A stretch of DNA of 64,000 nt, taken from Minisyncoccia bacterium. Lineage in GTDB: Bacteria; Patescibacteriota; Minisyncoccia; Phycocordibacterales; UBA918. The stretch is from positions 108,251 to 172,250 of the forward strand of contig JBKJIT010000001.1 of the NCBI GenBank assembly GCA_046598345.1, written 5' to 3'. Under the pieces are notes generated by a model. The model was not told the origin of the DNA. It saw only the letters and a list, made by a program, of their open reading frames with translations, and did not search any database. Below are positions 38,386 to 48,853 of the stretch, one piece after another (position 1 is the stretch's first letter; each line of letters starts with the position of its first letter). A program made the translations under genes and the position numbers.

Positions 38386-39354
38386 ATTTTCAAAAAATTA
38401 GGTTTAAGGATCCTACAACGGAAGCCGCATATGTACTCAAAGTCACTGATCTTTAATGTGCTAGGGATGCAAGTATATAGGACTGTAGTGTTTTATCTCT
38501 GGCGCGTACTACGAATACCAATACGCATTGATCCAAAATTTAAACCTCACCTCGAAAGCTTATTTGTAAACGGCTATATTGCGATTCCAAACTTCTTCGG
38601 ATCCAGCGAGTACAAAAAGATCTATGATGAATACTTCGCACTTCTGCCCCAGTTTGAAAAGAGCGGTAGTCCCGTTGATCTACCGCATGTTGACCGGATG
38701 GATATTTTGGATAACCGAGTTAGTGAGTTTTTCAGAAATTCTTTTTGTAGGAATGCTCTCATTCGTGGACTTGTAGCTGCGTATCTTAATCGTAATTTCA
38801 ATATGCCATATGAAGTTGATCTTACGCGCATATATCTTAAGAATCTTGAGGAAATGAAATTACCGCAAAACGGTGGCACTAACAATTGGCATTTCGATGC
38901 ACCGCTCCGTACGTTAAAGGCATTTTATTACGTAACTGATACTGCAAAGGAGAACGCTGCACTCCAATACTGTGTCGGTTCGAATAAGCGCAATACCCTA
39001 CGTCGTCTTTGGCTCGAATACAAATTGAGCATCCGATATGCTTATAATAAAAGAAATCCCAGCCATGGTGGAGAATACAAGGACGGCGAGCCGTGGGTAG
39101 TGCTTACCGATGCAGAAATGAAGGGCCATGATCTGAAGGAAATGTGTATGGAAGTTGAGGCAAATACCTTAGTCATTGTTGATATCGGTGGCTTTCATAA
39201 GCGCGGCGAATTCAGCTCAATTAAACCGCGAGATACCGTAGAACTTAACTTTCGTAACATTGATACCATTCGGAATGAACTCTATCCCATTGAAAGACAG
39301 TTTCGTAAGAAGTTACCCAAGTTTGACCATAAAGTCAGGACGAATGTTGCCTAG
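38377..39354 (+). CDS. putative 2OG-Fe(II) oxygenase of the phytanoyl-CoA dioxygenase (PhyH) family
   Basis: WHFDAP (His-x-Asp) and distal GFHKRGE His suggest the 2-His-1-carboxylate facial triad. Weak assignment. Confidence 0.45.
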   Translation: MNHIFKKLGLRILQRKPHMYSKSLIFNVLGMQVYRTVVFYLWRVLRIPIRIDPKFKPHLESLFVNGYIAIPNFFGSSEYKKIYDEYFALLPQFEKSGSPVDLPHVDRMDILDNRVSEFFRNSFCRNALIRGLVAAYLNRNFNMPYEVDLTRIYLKNLEEMKLPQNGGTNNWHFDAPLRTLKAFYYVTDTAKENAALQYCVGSNKRNTLRRLWLEYKLSIRYAYNKRNPSHGGEYKDGEPWVVLTDAEMKGHDLKEMCMEVEANTLVIVDIGGFHKRGEFSSIKPRDTVELNFRNIDTIRNELYPIERQFRKKLPKFDHKVRTNVA

Positions 39355-40149
39355 CCCGATTTCTTTTTTGATATCGGATTCATTTACGACTCCATCTTTT
39401 AAAGCTTTTTTCACAACGTCAAAGAAAAGGTTTTCAATCTGTCTATTAGGGTGGGGAGCATAATGTGTCGGGTACCTTCCTAGGAGCTTGTATATTGGCT
39501 CACGAGGAATGATACCTAGTATGGTCTTCATCTTATTTCGGGTGAAATCAATAGGTAGACCAGTCTTCCAGGGCTGAGTGAGTCTTCCTGTCATATGAAT
39601 CATTTTTGTTTCTTCCGTGTATTCATCGAGGTGATTCCAGATGCGGGGAAGCGGAGTGATTGATGTTTCTTTACGTAAGTCCATTAACTCCCGATATGTT
39701 AGGGCACGGTCATGAAGTGCAGCGAGGAAAGTCCGAATATTCCAATGTGTTAGTTTCGCACAATTAAGCAGCATCACACTCGTATCCCATGCATCTTTCT
39801 TAGGACATGCCGCTATTGCATGACCCTTTAGATCAAAAGAAAAAAGTTCCTCGATATTGGTGAGTGCAAAGATGTCTGGATCAATAACCACGGCAATTCC
39901 TTCGTACCCCATAAGTTCGGGCGTCATAAAGCGGGAAAGGGTAAAAGACTGCAAATCAGTGTTGGTATATATTCGCTCGTCACCCTCCACATACGTGTAT
40001 ACAGTACCTATAAAATTCTTGAAAATATCAATTTCATCCACGTTCATTATTTCAACATTGGATCCGGCCTTTGATTCGATGGCATACTTTGCTATACGAG
40101 CGCCAAAAAGCTGTTTATTGTTTGTTTGAATAAATACAGTAGGTTGCAT
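39313..40149 (-). CDS. GT-A fold glycosyltransferase, GT8-like
   Basis: DxD-like VVIDPDIF and C-terminal HMTGRLTQPW resembling the GT8 H-x-G-x-x-KPW motif. Confidence 0.45.
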   Translation of the reverse strand: MQPTVFIQTNNKQLFGARIAKYAIESKAGSNVEIMNVDEIDIFKNFIGTVYTYVEGDERIYTNTDLQSFTLSRFMTPELMGYEGIAVVIDPDIFALTNIEELFSFDLKGHAIAACPKKDAWDTSVMLLNCAKLTHWNIRTFLAALHDRALTYRELMDLRKETSITPLPRIWNHLDEYTEETKMIHMTGRLTQPWKTGLPIDFTRNKMKTILGIIPREPIYKLLGRYPTHYAPHPNRQIENLFFDVVKKALKDGVVNESDIKKEIGLGNIRPDFMVKLG

Positions 40150-40159
40150 AAGCCATATT

Positions 40160-41962
40160 CTACACTAACTCATACTCATGCATGAGTATTGCAAGGGAGA
40201 GATAGAAATGTAGTGCCTTACCGGGCCATTTTTCATCACGTTCGACAACCTGTTTGATTTTCTTCCAGTCAATAATTTCATTTTTGTGCTCCACTGCACT
40301 CAATATATCTAAGAAATGTTCTTTGTAGGTATCGTCGTACCACGCTTTTACAGGAGCACGCCAGCCGGTTTTTTCTTTCCTTTTAGAAATATACTGTGGA
40401 AGTTTTTGGTCATATATTTCACGTAGAAATATTTTATTTGAATCTGCGGAAATATACTGCTTCGATGAGATGTGTGTATCCATGTATGTTCGAAGGGGAG
40501 TGTAGGCAAGTGGACAGCGCATTTCCATCGACTGGCTCATATACAGTTTGTCTGAGCGTATAAAATTTTCTGACGCGAGCCAAAAGAAACGATCGAGAAG
40601 CATTGCTCGATATACGTCATCCGTTTTTTTGCTATAGATTGGCAAAAGCAGGTCTGTCGTTTCTTTAAGGTATTTCCGTACATTTGATTTTGTATTTTTC
40701 GTTGAAAAAGTTGAAGGTAGACCTCGAAAGTGTAAGAAAATATCCGAGATTTCACTGTAATCTGTATCATCATTATTACGAACACTTTTTATTACGTTTA
40801 CTCCGTATGATGTAAGCAGTCTTTTGTAGTTCTCAACCCTTTGTATGAGTCTGTAGTGAGGATATCCTCCAAACAGCTCGTCCCCACCGTCTCCGGAGAG
40901 TACAACGCGTAATCCTTGGCCATGTATTCCCTCAATGCATGCTGTCTGATAATAAATAGGAACAGAAATGTTATAGTTGGGCTCCTCAATTGCCTTGTAT
41001 GCGTTTATAAAGTTTCTTAGATATGACTCTTTCGTGATCTGAATGGGAGTAAATTCCTGATTAAAATCTTTAGCTAATTTCTCTGCAAGAAATGCATCAG
41101 CGTTATGAGATTCATCCCCGCCTTCAAATGTGGTACTGAAGGCATGTATGGTTCGCCCAGCTCGAACACTTTCATAGAAAATGAGTGAAGAGTCCAGGCC
41201 ACCACTTAGATTTATAGAAATTTCACGCTTACTCTGAAGATGGTCTACTATTGTTTGTGATATAGCCTCTCCTGGACTGAGACGGTCGTACTCGGATTCA
41301 CCGCTCGAAATAAACAATTCAGACGAAAGAAGGGATGTGTTCATGTCGAAAGTCATGACTTCAGACGGGTGTAGTTTACGAACATCAGAAATAAACGTTC
41401 TATTTCCTGGGACGTAACCGATACTTGTAGCAACTTCAATGGCTAAAAGATCAAGATCTCGCTTAATAAAGGGAAATTTTAGTATTGCCTTTAATTCCGA
41501 AGCAAAAACAAACTTCCCATTTACGAAGGCATAGTACAAGTTTTTTTGACCTGACTGATCACGGTAAAGACGTAGAACCTTTTCAGCCTTATTGTACAGG
41601 GCAATCGCAAACATTCCGTGAATATGCCTAGCAAAATCCCATCCATGCTTCTTTATAAGTCTAAAGAGGAGTAGCGTATCGACGGTCGTTGCAACCCCGG
41701 TAACTCCTAGATCACGTTGGATAGCTGCAGTGTTGTAAAGTTGTCCATTAAATGCGAGTACCCATGGACTCTCTTCATTCATTACAGGTTGAATAGACTC
41801 ACGAATGTCACCACGGATTGCTAGGAGGAGATGACTAATGAGGACATTCTGATCTTCAAAAGTTCCTATGTAGTCTGGTCCTCGATGATGTTGCGTTTCG
41901 CGGGCAGCATTAAAATCCCTTATTTCTAGCCCCCCTTTAGTAGCGCCGATGATGCCGCACAT
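40160..41962 (-). CDS. asparagine synthase (glutamine-hydrolysing) family amidotransferase, second paralog
   Basis: MCGIIG N-terminal nucleophile. SGGLDSS PP-loop. 600 aa. Confidence 0.85.
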   Translation of the reverse strand: MCGIIGATKGGLEIRDFNAARETQHHRGPDYIGTFEDQNVLISHLLLAIRGDIRESIQPVMNEESPWVLAFNGQLYNTAAIQRDLGVTGVATTVDTLLLFRLIKKHGWDFARHIHGMFAIALYNKAEKVLRLYRDQSGQKNLYYAFVNGKFVFASELKAILKFPFIKRDLDLLAIEVATSIGYVPGNRTFISDVRKLHPSEVMTFDMNTSLLSSELFISSGESEYDRLSPGEAISQTIVDHLQSKREISINLSGGLDSSLIFYESVRAGRTIHAFSTTFEGGDESHNADAFLAEKLAKDFNQEFTPIQITKESYLRNFINAYKAIEEPNYNISVPIYYQTACIEGIHGQGLRVVLSGDGGDELFGGYPHYRLIQRVENYKRLLTSYGVNVIKSVRNNDDTDYSEISDIFLHFRGLPSTFSTKNTKSNVRKYLKETTDLLLPIYSKKTDDVYRAMLLDRFFWLASENFIRSDKLYMSQSMEMRCPLAYTPLRTYMDTHISSKQYISADSNKIFLREIYDQKLPQYISKRKEKTGWRAPVKAWYDDTYKEHFLDILSAVEHKNEIIDWKKIKQVVERDEKWPGKALHFYLSLAILMHEYELV

Positions 41963-42015
41963 ATTTCATGTATTATATATTAAACTTTCTAAAAGGAGGT
42001 TTGGTTAAAGAAAAT

Positions 42016-42975
42016 ATGGATATTGATGCATCTGCTAGGTCAAGGAAGGTTATACGTGAAGCGATTAATTCCCTCAAGGAATTTCAGAATCTCGATGAGA
42101 GATTTTGGAACGAGTTGTGTTCCCGTGTTCAGAATCGCAAGGGTAAGCTTGTGCTTACGGGAGTGGGGAAGTCAGGTTACATCGCTATGAAAGTTGCTGC
42201 CACACTCACAAGTCTTGGAAATTTTGCGACGTTTATACATCCTGTTGAAGCAATGCATGGAGATTCCGGTGGGGTAACTGAGGGGGATACGGTAATTGCT
42301 TTCTCGTATTCTGGAAACACAAAAGAACTGATTCAGTTTATGCGTCACATCAAGGAAAGAATGGAAGTGTCTTTGATTGGTGTTACAGGTGCGAGGGATT
42401 CACAACTCGGCAAACTTTCAGATATGGTGATCCTTATTACAATTCAGGAAGAGGGTAGTCCGTATAACCTTGCTCCTATGGCATCCACCACAGCAATGCT
42501 TGTTGCCGGGGATGCACTTGCAGCGGGTCTAACTTCTCCACAGACTTTCACAAAAAATGATTTCGCTCGTTATCACCCAAGTGGTACACTCGGCTTTTCA
42601 CTCACCTCAGTGAAAGAAAGAATGTTACCTCATACTCCTGACGATATGGTTGGTGAAGATACTGAACTGCAAGAAGTGTTACTCCATATGAGCAACATTG
42701 GAAAGGGGATAATTGGGGTCATTTCCCCGAATGGCGCACTTACGGGAGCAATAACCGATGGTGACATACGGAGATTCCTATGCACAAATATTTCAATCGA
42801 AGGTGCACATGCAAAAGATGCAATGAATGTGACGCCAAAGTATGTTCAGCATAACCACACACTTAAAGATGCACTTGAGATGATGGAATCTTTTAAGATC
42901 ACAAATGTCTTTGTTATCAACGAGGAAAGCATACCAATTGGCATCCTTCACATGCATGATATTTTAAGCTCATGA
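42016..42975 (+). CDS. kpsF: arabinose-5-phosphate isomerase (KpsF/GutQ family: SIS + tandem CBS)
   Basis: RBS AAAAGGAGG. SIS domain LVLTGVGKSGYIAMKVAATLTSLG. Two C-terminal CBS-like repeats. Confidence 0.75.
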   Translation: MDIDASARSRKVIREAINSLKEFQNLDERFWNELCSRVQNRKGKLVLTGVGKSGYIAMKVAATLTSLGNFATFIHPVEAMHGDSGGVTEGDTVIAFSYSGNTKELIQFMRHIKERMEVSLIGVTGARDSQLGKLSDMVILITIQEEGSPYNLAPMASTTAMLVAGDALAAGLTSPQTFTKNDFARYHPSGTLGFSLTSVKERMLPHTPDDMVGEDTELQEVLLHMSNIGKGIIGVISPNGALTGAITDGDIRRFLCTNISIEGAHAKDAMNVTPKYVQHNHTLKDALEMMESFKITNVFVINEESIPIGILHMHDILSS

Positions 42976-44441
42976 GAGAAGAGATAGATTTTAGTTACGC
43001 CCTCGAATTTTATAATCGATTGGAAGCTGTCCACATGGACAATCTCCCCCTCACGAAATATTTTGAATGTGAAGGGTCTGACTATTGGCAATTTTACAAA
43101 CAGAGGATTTTTGAAGAAATTAAGACTTTTAGTCGAACAAAGCACATAGTGCGACCAAGGGCGAATCGTTTTAGTAAGACGGTAGATTTTTGCGTGTATG
43201 TCGGGGTCGTTCTCTCAACTGTGTTTTCTTTAATGCGTAAAAGAAAGGCGCTAGTGTATGCAATTGATAAAGTAGACCCAGTGCACAAGAGTGATTTTAG
43301 GCTTTCTACCGTGTATGCATTTCTTAAGAGAGCACAGATATCTTATCTAGAAATCTTCCATACCGTGATAGGGGGTGCGACCATCAAGCATTTCTTTCAG
43401 CGAAGGCGAATTGTTACCTACCTCGAAGCAGCCGATCGTCTCTATCCCATAGCAGTATGGCTCAAGCTCCATAAGCCTCTCGAGCTGGCTGTAGTTACAA
43501 ATATAGCCCTAGAAAATTTTAGTGAAAGAGAAAGAGAATTCGCCATTACTCTCATACAAAAATATCTACGTCAAATCGATATTTCTCGTTTTAAAATTAT
43601 GTTTTTTTCCTTTCTTATGCGAAAAAGCAAATGCAAAATATTTCTTGCAATTGACGATGCTCGTTATTATTACGAACTCTTAAGAGCGGCAAAACTTGCC
43701 AAGGTTCCAAGCTATGCCTTCCAGCATGGACACTTTACGAAATACCATGTTGGATGGCTTAGATCTAATAATCAGTATGGCGAGTCGACCTATCCAGATC
43801 ATTTTTTAGTTTCGAGTGAATATTGGAAACAGGAACTAACTAGGTTGGGTGGGATTATGCCATCACATACTATTCTTGTCTCTGGAGACAAGACGCCTAC
43901 ACCAGACACTGCGTTTAGGGACATGCGTGAGGAAAGTAAGATACATATTCTTATCCCTTACGAAACAGCGTGCCCAAAGCATGAAGTTGCAGTGTATATA
44001 CGCAGCTTTCTGAGTATAAAAAATGTTCATGTGATATTTAAGCTTCGCCCAGATATGTCTACAGCTGAACAATTGAAGGAGTACGGCCTACAAGAATTAA
44101 AGGACTCACGGTTTGAGACCGCGGTAGATATTGGGGAATGTATAGAAAGAGTAGATATAGTTGCTGGAGTCTATTCAACATTTCTATATGACATGATTTT
44201 ATATAAGAAGCGAGTTGTTATCCTTGACACCTCATCTGATTATGGTGAGGGCATGTACGAAAACGGCTTGGCGGATCTTTTGAAGCGAGGGCGTGATCTT
44301 GAGACTTTTATATGGCAAATTAAAAAATTGCCGGACTCACTAATTGTGGAAAGAAAAACAAAATTATTAGCTAATGGAATTACACTGGAACAGACATTGA
44401 AAGATATAGTTGAAAAACATATTCATGACCGATTACTTTAA
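42972..44441 (+). CDS. hypothetical protein, possibly a capsule-synthesis (KpsS/KpsC-like) or TagF-like glycosyl/phosphotransferase
   Basis: 489 aa with no clear motif. Placed by synteny between kpsF and a kdsB-like gene. A QHGHF motif is present. Confidence 0.35.
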   Translation: MREEIDFSYALEFYNRLEAVHMDNLPLTKYFECEGSDYWQFYKQRIFEEIKTFSRTKHIVRPRANRFSKTVDFCVYVGVVLSTVFSLMRKRKALVYAIDKVDPVHKSDFRLSTVYAFLKRAQISYLEIFHTVIGGATIKHFFQRRRIVTYLEAADRLYPIAVWLKLHKPLELAVVTNIALENFSEREREFAITLIQKYLRQIDISRFKIMFFSFLMRKSKCKIFLAIDDARYYYELLRAAKLAKVPSYAFQHGHFTKYHVGWLRSNNQYGESTYPDHFLVSSEYWKQELTRLGGIMPSHTILVSGDKTPTPDTAFRDMREESKIHILIPYETACPKHEVAVYIRSFLSIKNVHVIFKLRPDMSTAEQLKEYGLQELKDSRFETAVDIGECIERVDIVAGVYSTFLYDMILYKKRVVILDTSSDYGEGMYENGLADLLKRGRDLETFIWQIKKLPDSLIVERKTKLLANGITLEQTLKDIVEKHIHDRLL

Positions 44442-44558
44442 GGTAAGTCCTGTAAAAGATGTTTTCGACATTTTGTTTTCGTTATTTTTTCTAGATTGTT
44501 TTGATCGCGTGAGAAACCTTGCTCTGGAGACCAAATTGCTTTAACTAATCAGAGTAAT

Positions 44559-45818
44559 TTACTTAGGACGATACATTTTGAACAAAATATAGAGCATAAA
44601 ACAATGCACAATATAGAAAATTAGAAGGGAGAAGACAGCGCCCCATATACCATATATAGGTACTAAGATAATGAGCGGTATAATCCGAATCACTGGTTTT
44701 GTAATGTTGAGTATGTACAATTCTTTTTTACTTCCGAGTGAGGTTAGTGCTTGTGTATAAAGGGTAAGAGGAATAGTGAAGAGTGTAAGAGAAAGTACTT
44801 GGGAATATCTCACTGCTTCTTGATATTCAGGAAAAAAATGGATAAAGAGAAATTCAGCGAATGTAATATAAGAAAGAATAAGGACGATGCTAATAAGAAA
44901 AGTAATAAACATTTTATGTGGAAGCGCATCCCTCAGTTCTTCATAGGTGCGTGTACTAAATTTCGGCAATATAAGTGAACGAATGATCTTTGAAGTACCA
45001 TGAAGTTGCCGTATCGGAGCGAGAGCAATGGCATAGATAGCGAGAGAGGTTGCTCCTAGAAGCTGAAAAATAATGACTTTATCAATATATGTAGAAAAGT
45101 TAGAGAATGAATCCATGAGACTCAAGTGTTTTCCCAAAGAAAGAGATTTGTTGTCTACAAATGCATTTTTGTCGATCTTCCTGACCAAGAGAAAATAACG
45201 AACTGAAGAAATAATCATATTTGAAAGAAAGAGAGTGAGCACAGCATAAATGACATCTTCAGTGAGATAGGCAACCAGGATGACACTAGTTGTGATAGCA
45301 ATATTTTTGTATATGTTATCGTTAGCAATCTTAGTAAATTGTTTTTTGCCGTTAAAATATGATCCGTAGAGTGAGGATGCATATAAGAGAGGCGAGCAGA
45401 GCCCGATAATTAGGAGCGAGTATCCGAGAACATCATTATTCTTGTAAAGGTAGTATGATCCCCCCAGAAGTGTTAACAACGATACGGGAATGGTCCATTT
45501 AAGTTTAAGAAGGAAACCTTTTATTAGAGTACGCTCAGATCCACGGGCCACTGCTTGCGCTACTGAAATGTCCAATCCAGAGAGAGTAAATGCAGCAATC
45601 ATACTGGCGATTGAAAGAATATACGCATAAAATCCGTACTCAGCTGGATTAAAGATTCGTACCAGGCAAAGGGTAAGTACAAATCCAGAGATACCGGCAA
45701 AGATTTGACCAATAGTAAGTACCATAGTTCCTTTAGCCAAATACCGGACATCTGTCTTAAGGTAAGGCTGTAATCTACTTGCAAGACGATTAAGAATATA
45801 AATTGATCTTTTTTTCAT
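44559..45818 (-). CDS. Wzx-like oligosaccharide flippase (MOP/polysaccharide biosynthesis protein family)
   Basis: 419 aa, 12 to 14 TM. N-terminal LAKGTMVLTIGQIFAGISGF typical of Wzx/PST family. Confidence 0.7.
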   Translation of the reverse strand: MKKRSIYILNRLASRLQPYLKTDVRYLAKGTMVLTIGQIFAGISGFVLTLCLVRIFNPAEYGFYAYILSIASMIAAFTLSGLDISVAQAVARGSERTLIKGFLLKLKWTIPVSLLTLLGGSYYLYKNNDVLGYSLLIIGLCSPLLYASSLYGSYFNGKKQFTKIANDNIYKNIAITTSVILVAYLTEDVIYAVLTLFLSNMIISSVRYFLLVRKIDKNAFVDNKSLSLGKHLSLMDSFSNFSTYIDKVIIFQLLGATSLAIYAIALAPIRQLHGTSKIIRSLILPKFSTRTYEELRDALPHKMFITFLISIVLILSYITFAEFLFIHFFPEYQEAVRYSQVLSLTLFTIPLTLYTQALTSLGSKKELYILNITKPVIRIIPLIILVPIYGIWGAVFSLLIFYIVHCFMLYILFKMYRPK

Positions 45819-45908
45819 TGGTATATATAACGCTAGGTAGCTTCGCTTTGTTCTATATATTTAACCTTAAATATAGTATAGTTTTGAAGAAAAATATCAT
45901 ACATTAAC

Positions 45909-47015
45909 GTGGAACAAGAAAGAAAACTTAAAGTCTTATCAGTTTTTCGGTCGCATCTCCTTGAAAACCGCGGGACGCCACTTCGCGTTAAATCACTTAT
46001 TAGTCACTTTAGGGGGGATGTCGACCTAGAATGGCATACGTGCACCCTGGATAGGGAGAGTCCGCTCGGTTTGCCGCATATCTCAATAATGCATGATCAT
46101 TTATATGATATTCGGAAGATCGCTTCGTATGCCGAAAAAAACAATATCAATGTTTTGATCTTCCACAGTGTCGCTGCAGCATTCTATCTTCCTTTTTTAA
46201 AACTGCTAATGCCCCGGAAAAAATTTGTGCTTGAGATGCACGGGTTTCGTGAAGAGGAAAGTCTTCTCTATGGAAGTATTTCAAAATTTACGTATAATCG
46301 CGATCGTCTCTTTTATAGCGTGATCTACAGGCTCGCCAATCTCATTACTACGTGCAGCGAAACTGCAAGTCAACGAATGAGGAAATATAATAAGAATGTT
46401 GTAACCGTTTATGGTGGTTTTGATCCAGTTTTATTTAATTCACATGTTTCTTCCGGAAACTTTATACAAAGAAATGCCGAAGATATTATCGTTGGATATG
46501 CGGGCGATGGTCGGAAATGGCAAGGTCTACCTTTTCTATTGGATGCGTTTGATAAGCTAGTTCAACTACATCCGAAGTTTAAGCTAGCACTGCTTTTAAG
46601 TGAAAACCGTAAGATTCCTGAGCGACCATACATTCAAGTCTTAGGGGCACTACCACATGATATGGTAGCCAGGTTTACTGTTGATTGTGACATCTTAGTC
46701 ATCCCCCGTATTCATTCACCTGTAAATGAACTTGGGTATCCCTCTAAATTAATGGAATACATGGCGATGGGAAAACCTGTGGTAGGAAGTAGAACAAGTG
46801 ATATTCACAAAATAATTCGTTCAGGGGAAAATGGAGTTCTTTTTAATCCTGAAGATGTAGAAGGCTTCATTGAAGCAACAAGTAGTTTGACAGAGAAGGA
46901 AGTGCGTAAAACAATTGGGAAAAGAGCAGAAGAAACCGCCTTTGCCGGATTTACGTGGGAAATACAGGGTGCTCTTTTTAAAGATGCTATTTTTAAGATA
47001 GGAAGAAGATATTGA
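45909..47015 (+). CDS. glycosyltransferase family 4
   Basis: VGYAGDGRKWQG and GYPSKLMEYMAMGKPVVGSRTSDI. Confidence 0.75.
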   Translation: MEQERKLKVLSVFRSHLLENRGTPLRVKSLISHFRGDVDLEWHTCTLDRESPLGLPHISIMHDHLYDIRKIASYAEKNNINVLIFHSVAAAFYLPFLKLLMPRKKFVLEMHGFREEESLLYGSISKFTYNRDRLFYSVIYRLANLITTCSETASQRMRKYNKNVVTVYGGFDPVLFNSHVSSGNFIQRNAEDIIVGYAGDGRKWQGLPFLLDAFDKLVQLHPKFKLALLLSENRKIPERPYIQVLGALPHDMVARFTVDCDILVIPRIHSPVNELGYPSKLMEYMAMGKPVVGSRTSDIHKIIRSGENGVLFNPEDVEGFIEATSSLTEKEVRKTIGKRAEETAFAGFTWEIQGALFKDAIFKIGRRY

Positions 47016-47079
47016 TTTATTTCTATTTGTATTGTATAATATCTAGGTAAGTTCATTTCATCTTTAGAAAGGGGTTCAA

Positions 47080-47670
47080 ATGTCTGCTCAAAGACCGATG
47101 GAGCAAGTTGTTGATAGCGATTCAGTACAGTTGGTGGCAAACCAGAAATTTCACCACCTTGGCAAAAACGGGGTACCTTATTTTCGTTTGAGGGTGCAGA
47201 GGTTGCCGAATGGGGATGTGTATCCCATGATCTCCACACCGGATGCGGCAAGCGTGCTCCCCGTTGAATGTGACGCAGCGGGACTCATAGTTGGGGCTCA
47301 CTTCCTTTGTCAGGAAAGACCGGAGTCTGAAGGTGTGATTACCAAGGCGGTGGGTGGGTACTGCAACCTTGGTGAAACCCGGGAGGAAGCTGCAATTCGA
47401 ACACTTCGGGCTAAGATGGGGATTGTTACGGAAGTCAAAGATCTGATCCCCTGTGGTGAGGCATATGGCTATGGTGACCAATACAGATTTCCGGTCTCAT
47501 GCTATGTATCGAAGGCGTTCTTCGTTGATCAAGACGCGGTTTTAGGCTCGGGGTGTAAGCGTCGTTTCATGACGATTAAGGAGGTTGCGGACACCCATCG
47601 CAAGAATCGATTCTTCAGTGATGACACTGTGCACTTGATCGCTACGATCATGTTGCGAAATGCGATGTGA
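47080..47670 (+). CDS. NUDIX hydrolase
   Basis: Nudix box GGYCNLGETREEAAIRTLRAKMGI (Gx5Ex7REUxEExGU). Confidence 0.65.
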   Translation: MSAQRPMEQVVDSDSVQLVANQKFHHLGKNGVPYFRLRVQRLPNGDVYPMISTPDAASVLPVECDAAGLIVGAHFLCQERPESEGVITKAVGGYCNLGETREEAAIRTLRAKMGIVTEVKDLIPCGEAYGYGDQYRFPVSCYVSKAFFVDQDAVLGSGCKRRFMTIKEVADTHRKNRFFSDDTVHLIATIMLRNAM

Positions 47671-48853
47671 GATGCATACGAGTGGTAAATTGAATGGCCG
47701 GGGATCTCCCCGGTCTTTTTCTTATTCAGAATTAGCTTGCATATTCTTGCTGTGTGTGGAGAATGAATGGGTGTCAAAACGGTCATTTCTTGTTGTGTTG
47801 GGAGCGCGTCCGAATTTCGTAAAGGCAGCGCCCTTTTTTCGTCGTGCAAAAGAGTACCCAGAATTTGAATTTAAGCTGGTCCATACTGGACAACATTTTG
47901 ATGACAATATGTCTAAAATCTTTTTCGAGGAGATGCAAATCCCCAAACCGGATATCCATTTAGACATAAAGGGTGATTTTCACACAGAAAAAATAGGCAA
48001 AATGTTTACAGCTCTAAAAGAGGTGGTCCGCACTCACGGACAGGATGGTGTAATTGTTTTTGGAGACATTAACTCGACCCTCGCTGGGGCTGTTGCTGCT
48101 GCTACTGAACGAAAGCGGATCATTCATATAGAATCCGGTCTACGTAGCCACGACCGAAGAATGCCTGAGGAAATCAATAGAGCGATCGTTGATCACCTCA
48201 GTGACCTACTTTTTGTGACCGAAGAATCCGGGAAGGAGAATTTACTCAAGGAAGGTATATCTGAGGAAAGGATTCATGTTGTAGGAAACATTATGATTGA
48301 GAGTATTGAGCTTTTTAAAAACCATTTTCATAGTTCAAATGTGCACGAACAACTCTTAACCACTCCCCAAGATTATTATGTTGCCACTATACATCGTTCT
48401 GAAAATACTGATGATGTGCACATTTTAGAGAAGATTATGAATATTCTAGATGCACTTTCAAAAGAAAAGCCGATTGTTATGCCACTTCATCCAGGAACTC
48501 GTCAGAAATTACTGAATTTTGGACTTGAAAAAAAATTGCAAGGAATTAAAGTAATCGAACCATTGGGTTACATAGATTTTATGAAACTCGTTATCGATTC
48601 ATCCGGTGTAGTAACAGACTCGGGAGGTATTCAGGAAGAAACTTCTCATTTGGGCATTCCATGTAGTACGCTACGGGAGAACACCGAGCGCCCAATAACC
48701 GTATCTTTAGGATCTAATAAGTTGTTTAACATTGATGACATTTCTTTAGAGGCTCTCATTGCCCATTTGGGAAGGAAAGATTTTAAGTCGAATCATATTC
48801 CACTTTGGGATAAGGATGTCAGTAAAAGGATTTTAGATATTTTAAGAAAATGA
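47660..48853 (+). CDS. UDP-N-acetylglucosamine 2-epimerase (WecB/NeuC family); probable GTG start near 47771
   Basis: LGARPNFVK...HTGQHFD..MS..FF family signature. 397 aa in track. Confidence 0.8.
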   Translation: MRCEMHTSGKLNGRGSPRSFSYSELACIFLLCVENEWVSKRSFLVVLGARPNFVKAAPFFRRAKEYPEFEFKLVHTGQHFDDNMSKIFFEEMQIPKPDIHLDIKGDFHTEKIGKMFTALKEVVRTHGQDGVIVFGDINSTLAGAVAAATERKRIIHIESGLRSHDRRMPEEINRAIVDHLSDLLFVTEESGKENLLKEGISEERIHVVGNIMIESIELFKNHFHSSNVHEQLLTTPQDYYVATIHRSENTDDVHILEKIMNILDALSKEKPIVMPLHPGTRQKLLNFGLEKKLQGIKVIEPLGYIDFMKLVIDSSGVVTDSGGIQEETSHLGIPCSTLRENTERPITVSLGSNKLFNIDDISLEALIAHLGRKDFKSNHIPLWDKDVSKRILDILRK

